Under the pieces are notes generated by a model. It ran no database searches. It worked only from the letters and a program-made list of their open reading frames with translations, and had not been told where the DNA came from. A stretch of 41,156 bases of DNA from a virus. Lineage: Duplodnaviria > Caudoviricetes. The stretch lies in the IMG/VR virus record IMGVR_UViG_3300030330_005072, positions 1-41,156 of that record; one strand, 5' to 3'. Each line of letters starts with the position of its first letter. The first letter of the stretch is position 1. This document shows positions 17,511 to 28,900 of this stretch, in pieces. The position numbers and the translations under genes were made by a program.

Positions 17511-18689
17511 ATGGCAGAAGAAAATAAAGAAGTAGTTGAAGAAACTACTGAAAAACAAAATGAAGAAAAAATAGATAAATCTAAATTTGATAGCGCTGAA
17601 GACGATAGCGTTGTTAAAGTAGATTTAAGTAAACCACCAACTAAAAAAAGCGAAGAGGTTGAGCAACAACCCGCTGAAGAAAAAGAGGTGGTCGTAGTCA
17701 ATGAAGAATCAGATACTACTAAAGAAGAGGTTGTTGAGGAAAAAACACCTATTCTAGAGGAAGTTACAGACGAGGAAATTACAGAAGAAAACGTTGAAGA
17801 AGTTGAAGAAAAAATAGAAGAAGCTGTAGCTGAAGCAGAAGTAACTGGAAAACCACTACCTGAAAGTGTACAAAAACTTGTAGACTTCATGGAAGAAACA
17901 GGTGGTGATATAAATGACTACGTAAATTTAAATAGAGACGTATCCAAGATGGATAACTCTGATATATTAGACGAATATTATAGAACAACTAAATCTCATT
18001 TAACCGCAGAAGAAAGAGCATTTTTACTAGAAGAATCTTTTGGTTATAATGAAGAAGAAGATGATCCGAAAGATATACGTAAAAAGAAAATAGCCCTCAA
18101 AGAGCAAGTTGCCGAGGCTAAAGCCTATTTAGACGGGCAAAAGTCTAAGTACTATCAAGATATTAAAGCTGGGTCAAAGTTGACTCAAGAACAACAAAAA
18201 GCTATTGATTTCTTTGATAGATATAATAAAGATTCTAAAAATCAGGAGAAATTATTTGAAGCTAATAAGAAGAAATTTCAACAAAGAACAGATAATGTTT
18301 TCAACAAAGATTTCAAAGGTTTTGATTATCAAGTTGGAGAAAAAAAATATAGGTTCAATGTTAAAGACGTGGATAGTGTTAAGACAACTCAAAGTGATAT
18401 TAATAATTTTATTAATAAGTTTGTTGGTGAAGATTCATCAATAAGCGATGCTAAAGGTTATCACAAGTCATTGTTTACAGCTATGAATGCAGATGCTGTT
18501 GCTAATCATTTTTATGAACAAGGTAAAGCAGATGCTATTAAAGATAGAGTAGCGAAAGATAAAAATATTAATTTAGAACCTAGAAAAACACACGGCGAAG
18601 TTAACGTTGGGGGCGTTAAGTATAGGGTTTTAGGTGATACTTCTTCTGATATTAAAAATAGATCTTTTAAAATTAGAAAAAAGAATTAA
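17511..18689 (+). CDS. putative capsid scaffolding protein
   Basis: Highly acidic, disordered N-half; located between portal and MCP. Confidence 0.65.
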   Translation: MAEENKEVVEETTEKQNEEKIDKSKFDSAEDDSVVKVDLSKPPTKKSEEVEQQPAEEKEVVVVNEESDTTKEEVVEEKTPILEEVTDEEITEENVEEVEEKIEEAVAEAEVTGKPLPESVQKLVDFMEETGGDINDYVNLNRDVSKMDNSDILDEYYRTTKSHLTAEERAFLLEESFGYNEEEDDPKDIRKKKIALKEQVAEAKAYLDGQKSKYYQDIKAGSKLTQEQQKAIDFFDRYNKDSKNQEKLFEANKKKFQQRTDNVFNKDFKGFDYQVGEKKYRFNVKDVDSVKTTQSDINNFINKFVGEDSSISDAKGYHKSLFTAMNADAVANHFYEQGKADAIKDRVAKDKNINLEPRKTHGEVNVGGVKYRVLGDTSSDIKNRSFKIRKKN

Positions 18690-18711
18690 AAATATTTAAA
18701 AAAAATTTATT

Positions 18712-20178
18712 ATGGCAATTACTGCAGGAACAAATTTAAACAGTGTTGCAACTTCTACTCAAATGACGTTAGTTAGTAATTATATTGACTTTACGGCATC
18801 TGGTACAGAAGGTTGGGCGCAACAATATTTGCCTGACTTAATGGAGCAAGAAGCTGAGGTGTTTGGTAACAGAACAATCTCAGGTTTTTTATCTCAAGTC
18901 GGAGCAGAAGAGGCTATGACCTCAGACCAAGTAATATGGTCAGAACAAGGAAGATTACACTTAAGCTATAACGGTACATTAGATGTATCAGCTAACGAAA
19001 TTACTATCGGTACTGATTTAGATGGTAATACTGGTGGTGCTTCTCACGGTATTAGAGTTGGTGATACTATATTAGTATCAAGCTCTCGTGATGGCGCAAC
19101 TACACAGTGTTATGTTAAAACTCGTACAGCAGGTGCAGCTACTATTGTAGCTTTACCTTACAAAGCAGCTCTTATGTCAGACGCAGCGGCAGGTTCCCTT
19201 ACAGATGGTTCTTGTACTGTAATGGTATATGGATCTGAATTTGCTAAAGGTACTGCTGGACAAACAAGTTCTAACAAACCTGTTCACAAGAGTTTTACAA
19301 ACAAACCAATTATATTAAAAGATTTTTATCAAATCAATGGATCTGATACTTCTCAAATTGGTTGGGTTGAAATCTCTGGTGAAGATGGTCAAGGTGGATA
19401 CTTATGGTACTTAAAAGCAGAAGGCGATACTAGATCTCGTTTTACTGACTACGTAGAGATGTCAATGGTTGAATCAGTTAGAGCTTTAGCGGCTTCTACA
19501 ATTCATGATGACTCAGTTTACGATGGAGGTGCTGGAACTATCGCTAATACTGATCCAGGTACTGAAGGTTTATTTGCTGCTATCGAAGATAGAGGTAATT
19601 TAAGTTCTGGTATAACTGGTGTTAACGCTGCTACTGATTTAGCAGAGTTTGATGCTATTTTAGCTGAGTTTGATAAACAAGGTGCAATTGAAGAAAATAT
19701 GATGTTTATTAACAGAGCAACTGCTCTTGCAATCGATGACATGCTTGCTTCAATGAATTCTTACGGAGCTGGAGGTACTTCTTACGGAGTGTTTGACAAC
19801 GACGAAGATATGGCGTTAAACTTAGGTTTCTCAGGATTTAGAAGAGGTTCTTATGACTTCTACAAATCTGACTGGAAATACTTAAATGACAAAGCTACAA
19901 GAGGTGGCGCTGTTGAATCTTCATCGGCAATTAGAGGTGTTATGATACCAGCTGGCGTTAGTACTGTATATGATCAACAACTAGGAAAGAATCTTAAAAG
20001 ACCTTTCTTACACGTTAGATATAGAGCAGGTCAAACTGAAAACAGAAAAATGAAAACATGGATTACTGGTTCAGTTGGTGGCGCTGCTACAACTGATATT
20101 GATTCGATGAATGTTCATTATTTATCTGAAAGATGTTTAGTTGTTCAAGGTGCTAATAACTTTATGTTATTAAACTAA
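18712..20178 (+). CDS. major capsid protein
   Basis: 488 aa after the scaffold, strongly biased codon usage, followed by a strong terminator; WSEQGRLH and RPFLHVRYR motifs. Confidence 0.85.
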   Translation: MAITAGTNLNSVATSTQMTLVSNYIDFTASGTEGWAQQYLPDLMEQEAEVFGNRTISGFLSQVGAEEAMTSDQVIWSEQGRLHLSYNGTLDVSANEITIGTDLDGNTGGASHGIRVGDTILVSSSRDGATTQCYVKTRTAGAATIVALPYKAALMSDAAAGSLTDGSCTVMVYGSEFAKGTAGQTSSNKPVHKSFTNKPIILKDFYQINGSDTSQIGWVEISGEDGQGGYLWYLKAEGDTRSRFTDYVEMSMVESVRALAASTIHDDSVYDGGAGTIANTDPGTEGLFAAIEDRGNLSSGITGVNAATDLAEFDAILAEFDKQGAIEENMMFINRATALAIDDMLASMNSYGAGGTSYGVFDNDEDMALNLGFSGFRRGSYDFYKSDWKYLNDKATRGGAVESSSAIRGVMIPAGVSTVYDQQLGKNLKRPFLHVRYRAGQTENRKMKTWITGSVGGAATTDIDSMNVHYLSERCLVVQGANNFMLLN

Positions 20179-20191
20179 TCACTATTTAAAT

Positions 20192-20223
20192 ATAGGGGCA
20201 GCTTAGTGCTGCCTCTATTTTTT
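20192..20223 (+). terminator. rho-independent terminator
   Basis: ATAGGGGCAGC-TTAGT-GCTGCCTCTAT followed by a T-run. Confidence 0.85.
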
Positions 20224-20246
20224 ATTAATTTTTATTATATTATATT

Positions 20247-21077
20247 ATGACAAAGAAAAAAAAAGAAACTATAGAAGAACCTATAGTTGAAGAAACGGTT
20301 GTTGTTGAACAACCAAAAGTAGTTACTAAAGAAAAATCTTTAACAAAAAATAAAGATACTTGGGAAGTAAAAGATAGACAATATTATTTACGAGGTAATT
20401 TAACTCCTCTAAGTTGTAGTATTAGGTCTTCAAATATATACTGGTTTGATGAAGAAAAGGGATACGAAAGAGAATTAAAAATTACATCTAATCAAAGAAC
20501 ACCATTTGTTGATGAAATGAAAGGCGATCAAAGATTAGAGCATGTTGTATTCAGAAATGGAGTTTTACACGTTCCTAAAAATAAAGTTGTTTTACAAAAA
20601 ATATTATCTTTATATCACCCAGATAGAAATAGAAAGTTTCACGAAAAAGATTATCAGCAAGAAGCTGCTAGTGAAATAGATTTATTAGAAGTAGAAATAG
20701 AAGCATTAAACGCAGCTCAAGATCTAGATATAGATATGGCTGAAGCTGTGATGAGAGTTGAAGTTGGTTCTAAAGTATCAGAGATGAGTTCTAAAGAACT
20801 TAAACGAGATTTATTATTATACGCTAAAAAGAATCCTGTATTATTCTTAGAGCTTGTTAACGATGGTAATGTTCAGCTTAGAAACTTTGGTATTAAAGCA
20901 ACTGAAATGGGAATAATAAAACTGTCTCAAGATCAAAGAACTTTTCGTTGGGGAACTAATGATAGAAAATTAATGACAGTTCCTTTTGATGAACATCCAT
21001 ATTCAGCGTTAGCCGCTTGGTTTAAAACTGACGAAGGTATGGAAATATATCAAAATATAGAAAAAAGATTAAATTAA
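20247..21077 (+). CDS. conserved phage protein downstream of MCP
   Basis: ORF track, 276 aa. Confidence 0.8.
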   Translation: MTKKKKETIEEPIVEETVVVEQPKVVTKEKSLTKNKDTWEVKDRQYYLRGNLTPLSCSIRSSNIYWFDEEKGYERELKITSNQRTPFVDEMKGDQRLEHVVFRNGVLHVPKNKVVLQKILSLYHPDRNRKFHEKDYQQEAASEIDLLEVEIEALNAAQDLDIDMAEAVMRVEVGSKVSEMSSKELKRDLLLYAKKNPVLFLELVNDGNVQLRNFGIKATEMGIIKLSQDQRTFRWGTNDRKLMTVPFDEHPYSALAAWFKTDEGMEIYQNIEKRLN

Positions 21078-21095
21078 TATCTTTTAACTAATATT

Positions 21096-21126
21096 AATAG
21101 CCACTCATTACGGGTGGCTATTTTTA
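21096..21126 (+). terminator. rho-independent terminator
   Basis: AATAGCCACTC-ATTAC-GGGTGGCTATT followed by Ts. Confidence 0.85.
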
Positions 21127-21153
21127 TTTAAATGCTAATCTTTCACTTTATTA

Positions 21154-21172
21154 TGTAACTATATTATAGTAA
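21154..21172 (+). promoter_or_regulatory. putative late promoter TGTAACTATATTATAGTA
   Basis: Lies between a terminator and the next gene; TGTAACTATAT is identical to the copy at 35071. Confidence 0.55.
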
Positions 21173-21185
21173 AATATATTATATT

Positions 21186-21350
21186 ATGAAACAATCAAAG
21201 GGACTAGGGGATACTGTAGAAAAAATAACTAGAGGCACTGGTATAAAGTCTTTAACTGATATAGCGATGAACGCTATGGGTTATAAAGACTGTGGTTGTA
21301 ATAAGCGTAAAGCTTGGTTAAATAAACAGTTTCCATATAAACAAAAATAA
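21186..21350 (+). CDS. 54-aa protein (SKGLGDTVEKIT...DCGC.KRK.WLN..FPY)
   Basis: Manual translation (below track cutoff); fills the gap, and its stop is 2 nt before the next ATG. Confidence 0.8.
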   Translation: MKQSKGLGDTVEKITRGTGIKSLTDIAMNAMGYKDCGCNKRKAWLNKQFPYKQK

Positions 21351-21352
21351 TA

Positions 21353-22066
21353 ATGGCAATAATTATAGATGACGTATATCAAAAAGTTTTAGCTATAGCT
21401 AATAAAGAGCAAAGGGGTTATATAACTCCTCAAGAGTTTAGTTTATTTGCTAATAAAGCTCAAAAAGAAATATTTGACAGTTACTTCCATGATTTAAAAA
21501 CAGCTTATCATAAGCTTGAAACAGATATGACTCATGCTGATGAAATGGATATGTTGTCAGAAAAACTTCAACCTTTTAAAAAATCCACAACATTTACACC
21601 AACTGCCGATGCTACTACCGGTATATATGATAGTTTAATAACTCTACCTAAGGATTTATATTATATAGATAATTTTAGTAGGCCTGAAGGTGAAGTATCA
21701 GAAATTAGTGAAAAAGAAATATTATACACAGAAAGTAATCCTCTTACTAAAGCTACTAAATCAAGATCTGTTTATGTAAGAAGAGAATCTAACCAAATAC
21801 AAGTTTATCCAACACCTACATTAAGTACAACTTATACTCTTTATTATTATAAAAAACCTACAGCACCTAGTTGGGCTTATGTTGTTGTTAGAGGAAAAGC
21901 CCTATACAACGCTAGTTTAAGCGTTAATTTTGAGCTACATGACTCTGAAGAAGAGGTATTAGTAACTAGAATATTGCAATTATCTGGAGTAGCTGTTGAA
22001 AAAATGGAGTTAGTTCAAATAGCTGCGTCAGATGGAGCTGGTATTAAACAATCACAAAATGATTAA
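21353..22066 (+). CDS. putative tail tubular/adaptor (ring) protein
   Basis: NKEQRGYITPQEF..FA..AQ and YYKKP..P.W motifs; position matches P22 gp4/crAss ring-like genes. Confidence 0.65.
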   Translation: MAIIIDDVYQKVLAIANKEQRGYITPQEFSLFANKAQKEIFDSYFHDLKTAYHKLETDMTHADEMDMLSEKLQPFKKSTTFTPTADATTGIYDSLITLPKDLYYIDNFSRPEGEVSEISEKEILYTESNPLTKATKSRSVYVRRESNQIQVYPTPTLSTTYTLYYYKKPTAPSWAYVVVRGKALYNASLSVNFELHDSEEEVLVTRILQLSGVAVEKMELVQIAASDGAGIKQSQND

Positions 22067-22068
22067 TT

Positions 22069-22962
22069 ATGGGACTATTAGATAACACAACACAATACGC
22101 ATATTACAACGATCCTAGTAGTTACGGTAATTATCAATTTACTACTTTAGATAATATAATAAATGGATTTATAATATCTTATGTTGGAGAAAATAAATTA
22201 ATTACAAAAATAAATAGAACAGACGTACAGTTTCACGCTATGAGGGCTATACAAGAATTGTCTTATGATGTTTTACGTTCTGTTAAATCTCAAGAAATAG
22301 AAGTATCTAATACTTTAAAAATGATACTTCCTCAAGATTACGTTAATTATGTTAAGTTAGTTAGAGTTGATAGTAATGGTATTGAAAGAGTTTTGTATCC
22401 AACAGGTAAGACATCCAATCCATTTGCTATAGAGCAAGATGATGATGGTAATTATAATTTTTCAGATACTGATAGCGACGCTGTATTAGATACTTTAAAC
22501 GAACAAGATCCTAGTGACACTTGGAGTAACTATCAGAATCAAACTCCAAATCCAAATGTCTATAGTGACGATTCAACAGACGTAGAAACAGATAGTAGAG
22601 GTAGAAGATACGGACTAGATCCTCAACATGCGCAAGCAAATGGATCTTTTTACATTGACGATCAAAGAGGTTTTATACATTTTAGTTCTGTTTTGTCAGG
22701 TCAAACTGTAACATTGAAATACGTTAGTGATGGTTTAGGTACAGACGAGGAAATGGTTGTACATAAGTTTGCTGAAGAAGCTTGTTATAAATGGATAGCT
22801 TACGGAATATTATCTTGCAGAACTAATATACCTGAACAAATTGTTTTGAGATTTAAAAGAGAAAGATTTGCTGAAACTAGAAAAGCAAAAATTAGATTAT
22901 CCAATATTAAGATGGAAGAATTTACTCAGGTATTAAAAGGTATGGGTAAACAAATAAAATAA
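22069..22962 (+). CDS. putative tail ring/structural protein
   Basis: LPQDYVNYVKL and G.IHFSS...V.L.Y.SDG; lies between adaptor and nozzle genes. Confidence 0.6.
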   Translation: MGLLDNTTQYAYYNDPSSYGNYQFTTLDNIINGFIISYVGENKLITKINRTDVQFHAMRAIQELSYDVLRSVKSQEIEVSNTLKMILPQDYVNYVKLVRVDSNGIERVLYPTGKTSNPFAIEQDDDGNYNFSDTDSDAVLDTLNEQDPSDTWSNYQNQTPNPNVYSDDSTDVETDSRGRRYGLDPQHAQANGSFYIDDQRGFIHFSSVLSGQTVTLKYVSDGLGTDEEMVVHKFAEEACYKWIAYGILSCRTNIPEQIVLRFKRERFAETRKAKIRLSNIKMEEFTQVLKGMGKQIK

Positions 22963-22966
22963 TATT

Positions 22967-25900
22967 ATGCCAGAAATAAAACACGATTTTTCTGCCGGTA
23001 AAATGAACAAAGATTTCGATGAAAGAATTGTTCCAAACGGTGAATATAGGGATGCGATGAATATACAGGTTAGAACCACTAGTGCCGATGGTGATTCTGG
23101 TAATGCTGGTGCCATTCAAAATATTCAAGGTAATAAATATATAAAAGAAGGAGCTTATTACGAATCATCATACTCTAGTGATAACAATGAGTCTAAAATG
23201 ATAGCTAGTATAGCTAATGAAAAAGACAATAAAGCTTATTTCTTTTTATCAAGTCCTAACTGGGACACCATGCTTAGTGATGCGAGTCTTATTACTAGCA
23301 AAAAAAAATTCATAGATACTATTATTGAGATTGATACTAAAACTGGTACTGATGATCCAACTTCATTGCCTGTTGTAGTAGATAAGTGGGGTATTATAGA
23401 TGTAGCTCAAGGTACATCTACTTCGCCAGGTGTTCTATATCAAACAACTAACACTTCTTCTAGTTGGCAGTCGTTTTACGTTAATGATGTTACAGATTAT
23501 AGAATTGGTATGCTTGTTCAAGCTTATGATTCTAACGGTGAAGAAATGTTTAGCGCTTTAGATGAAGACACTTTTAATCCTGTTGAAATACAAAACATAG
23601 ATACTGATAACAATTTAATTACTGTTTATTCAACTCAATCTCCAGTTGATTGGGATACTATTAGTTTTTTTACATTTAGACATCCTGATAGAGTTTTAAA
23701 TTTTAGAAATGATATAAAGATTACAGGATTAAATATTATTGATGATTTATTATTTTGGACAGATGCTAAGATAATAAATGGAGAAATGACTGGAACTGAG
23801 CCTAAAAGAATAAACATAAGAAAATGTAAAGAAGGTTCTATTGCTGGTGATACTCTAGCTGATTCAGATTGGACTAATCACACTCAATTAAAATTACAAG
23901 ACCCAATAGATGATAGTAATTTACTTGACTTTACTCCTGATCTAGAACTTTCGTTAGCTCCTTCAATAAACAATGATATAAGAGAAGAACACGTTACAGT
24001 ATTGAGAGAAGCTCCGCTAATGGCGCCAACGTTAGTTATGAAGCAAACAGATAGAGATTCTGAAAACATTCAAATATTAGATTTCTTTTTTGATTTTTCA
24101 ACTTACAATAGTGGAGAAGGACCAGCTGTTGGTGATCAAGTGACTGTAACAGATAATGATAATAGTACGCCTGATATTTTAAAAACACTAAACTTACAAC
24201 CAGATGATATTATAAAATTTAAACAATCAGATGGCGTTTTTTTAACAGCTAGTGTTGATGAAGTTAATGTAATAGATTGTTTAGATGAAAATGGTGAAAC
24301 AATCGAAGGTTGTACAAATGATGGCGAAACAGCTATTACGATGACAATAATGACTTTCAATGGTTTATTGGTAGCTCCAAATCCAAGTGAAAATGATTTT
24401 TACGGTTACTGGACTATTAGTTTAGAACAGAAAAAACCATTGTTTGAATTAAAGATGGGTAGGTTTGGTTTAAGATATAAGTATGAAGATGGTGAATATT
24501 CTAGCTTTGGTCCTTGGTCTGAATTAGCTTTTCTACCTGGAGCTTTTGATTATGATCATAAAAAGGGTTATAACCTAGGTATGACAAACACTTTAAGAAG
24601 TTTAGTTATAAGAGATTTTATACCAAATCAAAGAACTAGAGGAGCTGATATAGTGGCTGTTGATATACTATATAAAACAACAGACTCACCTAACTGTTAT
24701 GTTGTAAAAACCATAACAAGAGGTAGAGATAATGAATGGAAAAAATTCACAACATCATCTCCAGATGCTACTAATAATGACACGTATAGCGATGGTAGTC
24801 CTATGTTTGGTGAAATATCTATAACATCGGAAATGATTCATAAGGCTCTTCCATCTAGTCAATTATTAAGATCTTGGGACAATGTGCCTAAGCTAGCGTT
24901 AGGACAAGAGATAGCTGCCAATAGACTTGTTTACGCAAACTATGAGCAAGGATATGAAATAACAAATGAATTAGCTTTAATACAAAATTTAAAAAGTGAT
25001 AATACTACTTTTACTCCTCAACCAACAGAAACATCACCTCAAAAATCTGTAAAAAGTATTAGAGAATATAAATTTGGTTTAGTATTTGGAGATAAGTATG
25101 GTAGAGAAACACCAGTATTAGCTCCAGGTTATTTAGTTGACAATGCTTCTACTGGGGAGTTTGTTTATAAAGACGGGAGTATAAACGTAGAAAAAAGATT
25201 AGCTCATATGAGTAATCGTTTTCAATTAACACAAGACTGGCCTGGTAGTGAACAAGGACCAGATGATTGGATATCATACGTAAAATATTATGTTAAAGAA
25301 ACGTCTAGCGAATATTATAATTTAGTTATGGATCGCTGGTACTTTGCTGAAGATGGTAACATATGGTTGTCTTTTATATCAGCTGATAGAAACAAGTTAG
25401 ATATAGAAACGTATTTAATATTAAAAAATGAACATGGAAATCCAACTCCCGTTGAAGAAAGAGCTAGATATAAAATATTGGCTATAGAAAACCAAGCGCC
25501 TGAATTTATAAAAGCAGATCCACGACCTATGGGTAGCGTTGAATTAGGACCAGGTTCTTTTGAATGGATGTTTAGTGACGTTGTAAGTGGAGTAGAAAAC
25601 TCTAACCCACCGGACATTTTAATGGATGGAACAGAAATAACTATAGAAGCTGCATTTTGGAATGACTTTTTAAGTGAATACGATGAAAGTCAAGGTGATC
25701 TTCAAGTTAGGGTTACAGCTTCAGCTGGTGGTGTTACTTTAGTTAGTAATAATTTTCAATCAGTAACATATCACGTTACGGATTCAGACGGTAACTGTAG
25801 AGTATCTTGGAAAAATCCTTTTGGTGAAGCGGCTAATATGTACGCTCAACATGTTGCTAATCTTGGTTCTGGTTCTGGAACTGAACTATCTAACATGACT

Positions 25901-28900
25901 TACTTTCTTGAATTTAGAGAATTAGTATTTAAAAATTCTCCTGAATTTGACGGTAAGTTTTTTGTAAAAATAGAAAGAGATGATATATTAGATTCTAAAG
26001 TTTTACAATTTGAAGCAGGAACAGAAGAATGGGTTGAATATGAAAGTTTTCCACTAGCTTATATTGATAATCAACAATATAATCCATCTGCAACATCAGG
26101 TCCTTATGCTAATGGTCCAATAGCAGATACGAATATAGATTACATGGCTAGAAAAGATTATAGATGGTTTGATACAACTTCTGTGCCAGCTAATGGTGAT
26201 AGTGGTGAAAATTTAAACATGGCTAGCATTACGTCATTAACCATGTCAAATGGTAATACACTATGGCAGGATGATTTTGACTGTGGAGGTAGTCATGGTG
26301 AAGGTGATCATTTTTTTGATAGAAAAACTGGTACAGCTAGTACAACTTATTCTTCTAGTAATTTTCCATTATTAGAAGCCGACGACGAATCAGATGGAAC
26401 TAGTGCAGGTAGCTATAATAGTAGCACTTCTGCATATAAAAACTCTGGATGTTTTTCCTATGATTCAGAATACATGGCTCTTGGTTGCGCTGATCATGAC
26501 GCTATTGATAATGCTAAAAACATAGATGGAAATCCAGGTGATACGTGGCTTAATAGTAGAGGCAAAATAAATGAAGTTGGACCATGGGAAGGTGATGCTA
26601 CCAATCCAATTGGAAACACAGCAATATTAAATAGAGCTAGAGAAACTAGAGATTTTTGGAAATGGTGGGTAGAAACATCTAGTTTTCATTTAGAAACAAA
26701 AGTATTTATAGATTCTGTTAGAACTAGATTTACAGAACTAAATGGATCAGGTCTTATATGTGAAAACGGTTTTGATGAAGACGGTAACTGCATAGAGGAT
26801 GAAACAAACGTTGCTTTTCCAAACGCTAGTGGCTGGAATTCTTTAGGCGCTACTTGGTGGACTGAAGAAAATAAAGTTAGTGGACATTTTTATAAACCAT
26901 CAGGAATTGATCAAGGTGTTTTAAGTGGAGATAATTTTACAGACACACTAAGTACTGGTCATTTAGGTAGAATTGCGTTTGCTATAGTAGATATGAGAAC
27001 CACAATAGATCCATCGTATTGGGCTAGTAGTGGTTGGGGTGAACCTGGAGATGCTGAGTATGATTTTAAGAAAAGAATGACTACAAAGGGTACTTTATTT
27101 AGATTTAAAAATGACCCTGAAGATTGCATTTATAAAGTTGTTTCTAAAAGTACAGAAGCTGAAAGATATGAGTCTTACAATTACAATGAAGTTAAAGATT
27201 CTTTATATGGTGATTGGACAGATCACAATTACTGGGGTAATGCTCCAAGTGGTGAAGATAATGATCATTTTGTTTTTCATTATGAAGATCCTCATGGAAT
27301 AAATTACGGGGAATTTTCACATCAAAATATACTTTGGTGGATAAATAAAACTCCATTTCATCATAATGGTACAGATACTTATCAAAGCGGCTACGATGGT
27401 TTTCCCCCGTGGATTGGCGGTGTAGATATCGATGGAGATGATCCACATGAAGCCATGACTAAAAAAACTAGCTGTCAACCATGTGGAACTATATACGGTA
27501 ATGGTGGTGATAGTGATTTACAAATATATCCTCTATACTGTAGAAGATATGGTATAAGAATAGAGTTTAGAAAATGGAGTGAGGATACGGACACCTCTAT
27601 TAATTCATTAGGATTAACTGGTAATGGTGATGAAGGTATTGATACTGGTATTTGGGATCCAAGAGGAGCTGTTTGTCATGATGGTAGAGAGGCATTTAGA
27701 ATAGCTTTTATTAGAAAAGATACTGGAGGAGGTGAACCAGTTATTCCAGTGTCTGATGCTGCTATTTGGGAAACAGAACCAAAAGAAAATGTTGACTTGG
27801 ATATTTATTATGAAGCATCTAATGCTATACCAACTAGACTAAACAGTGAAAATACATCTAACTTTGCTCCTTATGGTTCTAAAATATCTTTAAAAGCTTA
27901 TGATTCATCTGAAAACCCTGGTTATATAAACGTTAACTTAGATAATACAAATCACTTTGTGTCTCATATAGGTTATACACAAACACACTCTATAGTAGGA
28001 ATAAAATCAACACAAGCGGATGAAGTTGTAAATTACCAAACTAGTGGCATACACACTGGATCAACTACAGTTGGTAATGCTACTATTCAATTAGCTAATA
28101 ATTCTTATATAGTATTTCATCATCCAGATGGAACTCAAACTATGTCTAAGGTTGTTAGCTTTATGAAACCTGTAGATGAAGAAGGAAATGGTATTGATAC
28201 TAGTACAATAGTTAACACTCAAGAATATTTATTTACTGAAACAAATACTAATGTTGGTTTTTATAAATTAGACTCTAATGTTTGGAAATTTCCAGTTGAG
28301 CTAGGTTGGTTTAACTGCTACTCATTTGGTAATGGTGTAGAATCAGATAGAATACGAGATGACTTTAATGCTCCGCAAATGGATAATGGTGTTAAGGTTT
28401 CTACAACTTTTCTAGATTATGGTAAAGAAAGAAGAGGTAGTGGTATGATATATTCAGGTATATACAATTCAACTTCAGGAATTAACGACTTGAATGAATT
28501 TAACATGTCTGAAAAAATAACTAAGGATATAAATCCTACCTACGGTGCTATACAAAAATTAAAAATAAGAGATACTGATATTGTTGTTTTAACCGAAGAT
28601 AAAGTTTTAAAAGTAACAACAAACAAAGACGCTTTATTTAATGCAGATGGTAATCCACAGTTATTAGCATCTAATAGAGTGCTTGGTACAGCTGTTCCTT
28701 TTGTAGGTGATTATGGTATATCTCAAAATCCAGAATCATTAGTATCTGATCAATACAGAATGTATTTTACAGACATGCAACGAGGAGCTGTTTTAAGACT
28801 ATCTAGAGACGGTTTAACACCCATATCAGAAGTAGGTATGAAAACTTGGTTTAGAGACAATCTAAAGAAAACAAGTAGCTTATTAGGTACATTTGACTCT

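Noticed and set aside
18677-18712. A AAA AAG slippery heptamer at the end of the scaffold gene (possible scaffold-MCP fusion)
   Set aside because: MCP is in the +1 frame, the -1 frame stops after about 20 codons, there is no stimulatory structure, and A-runs are common here.
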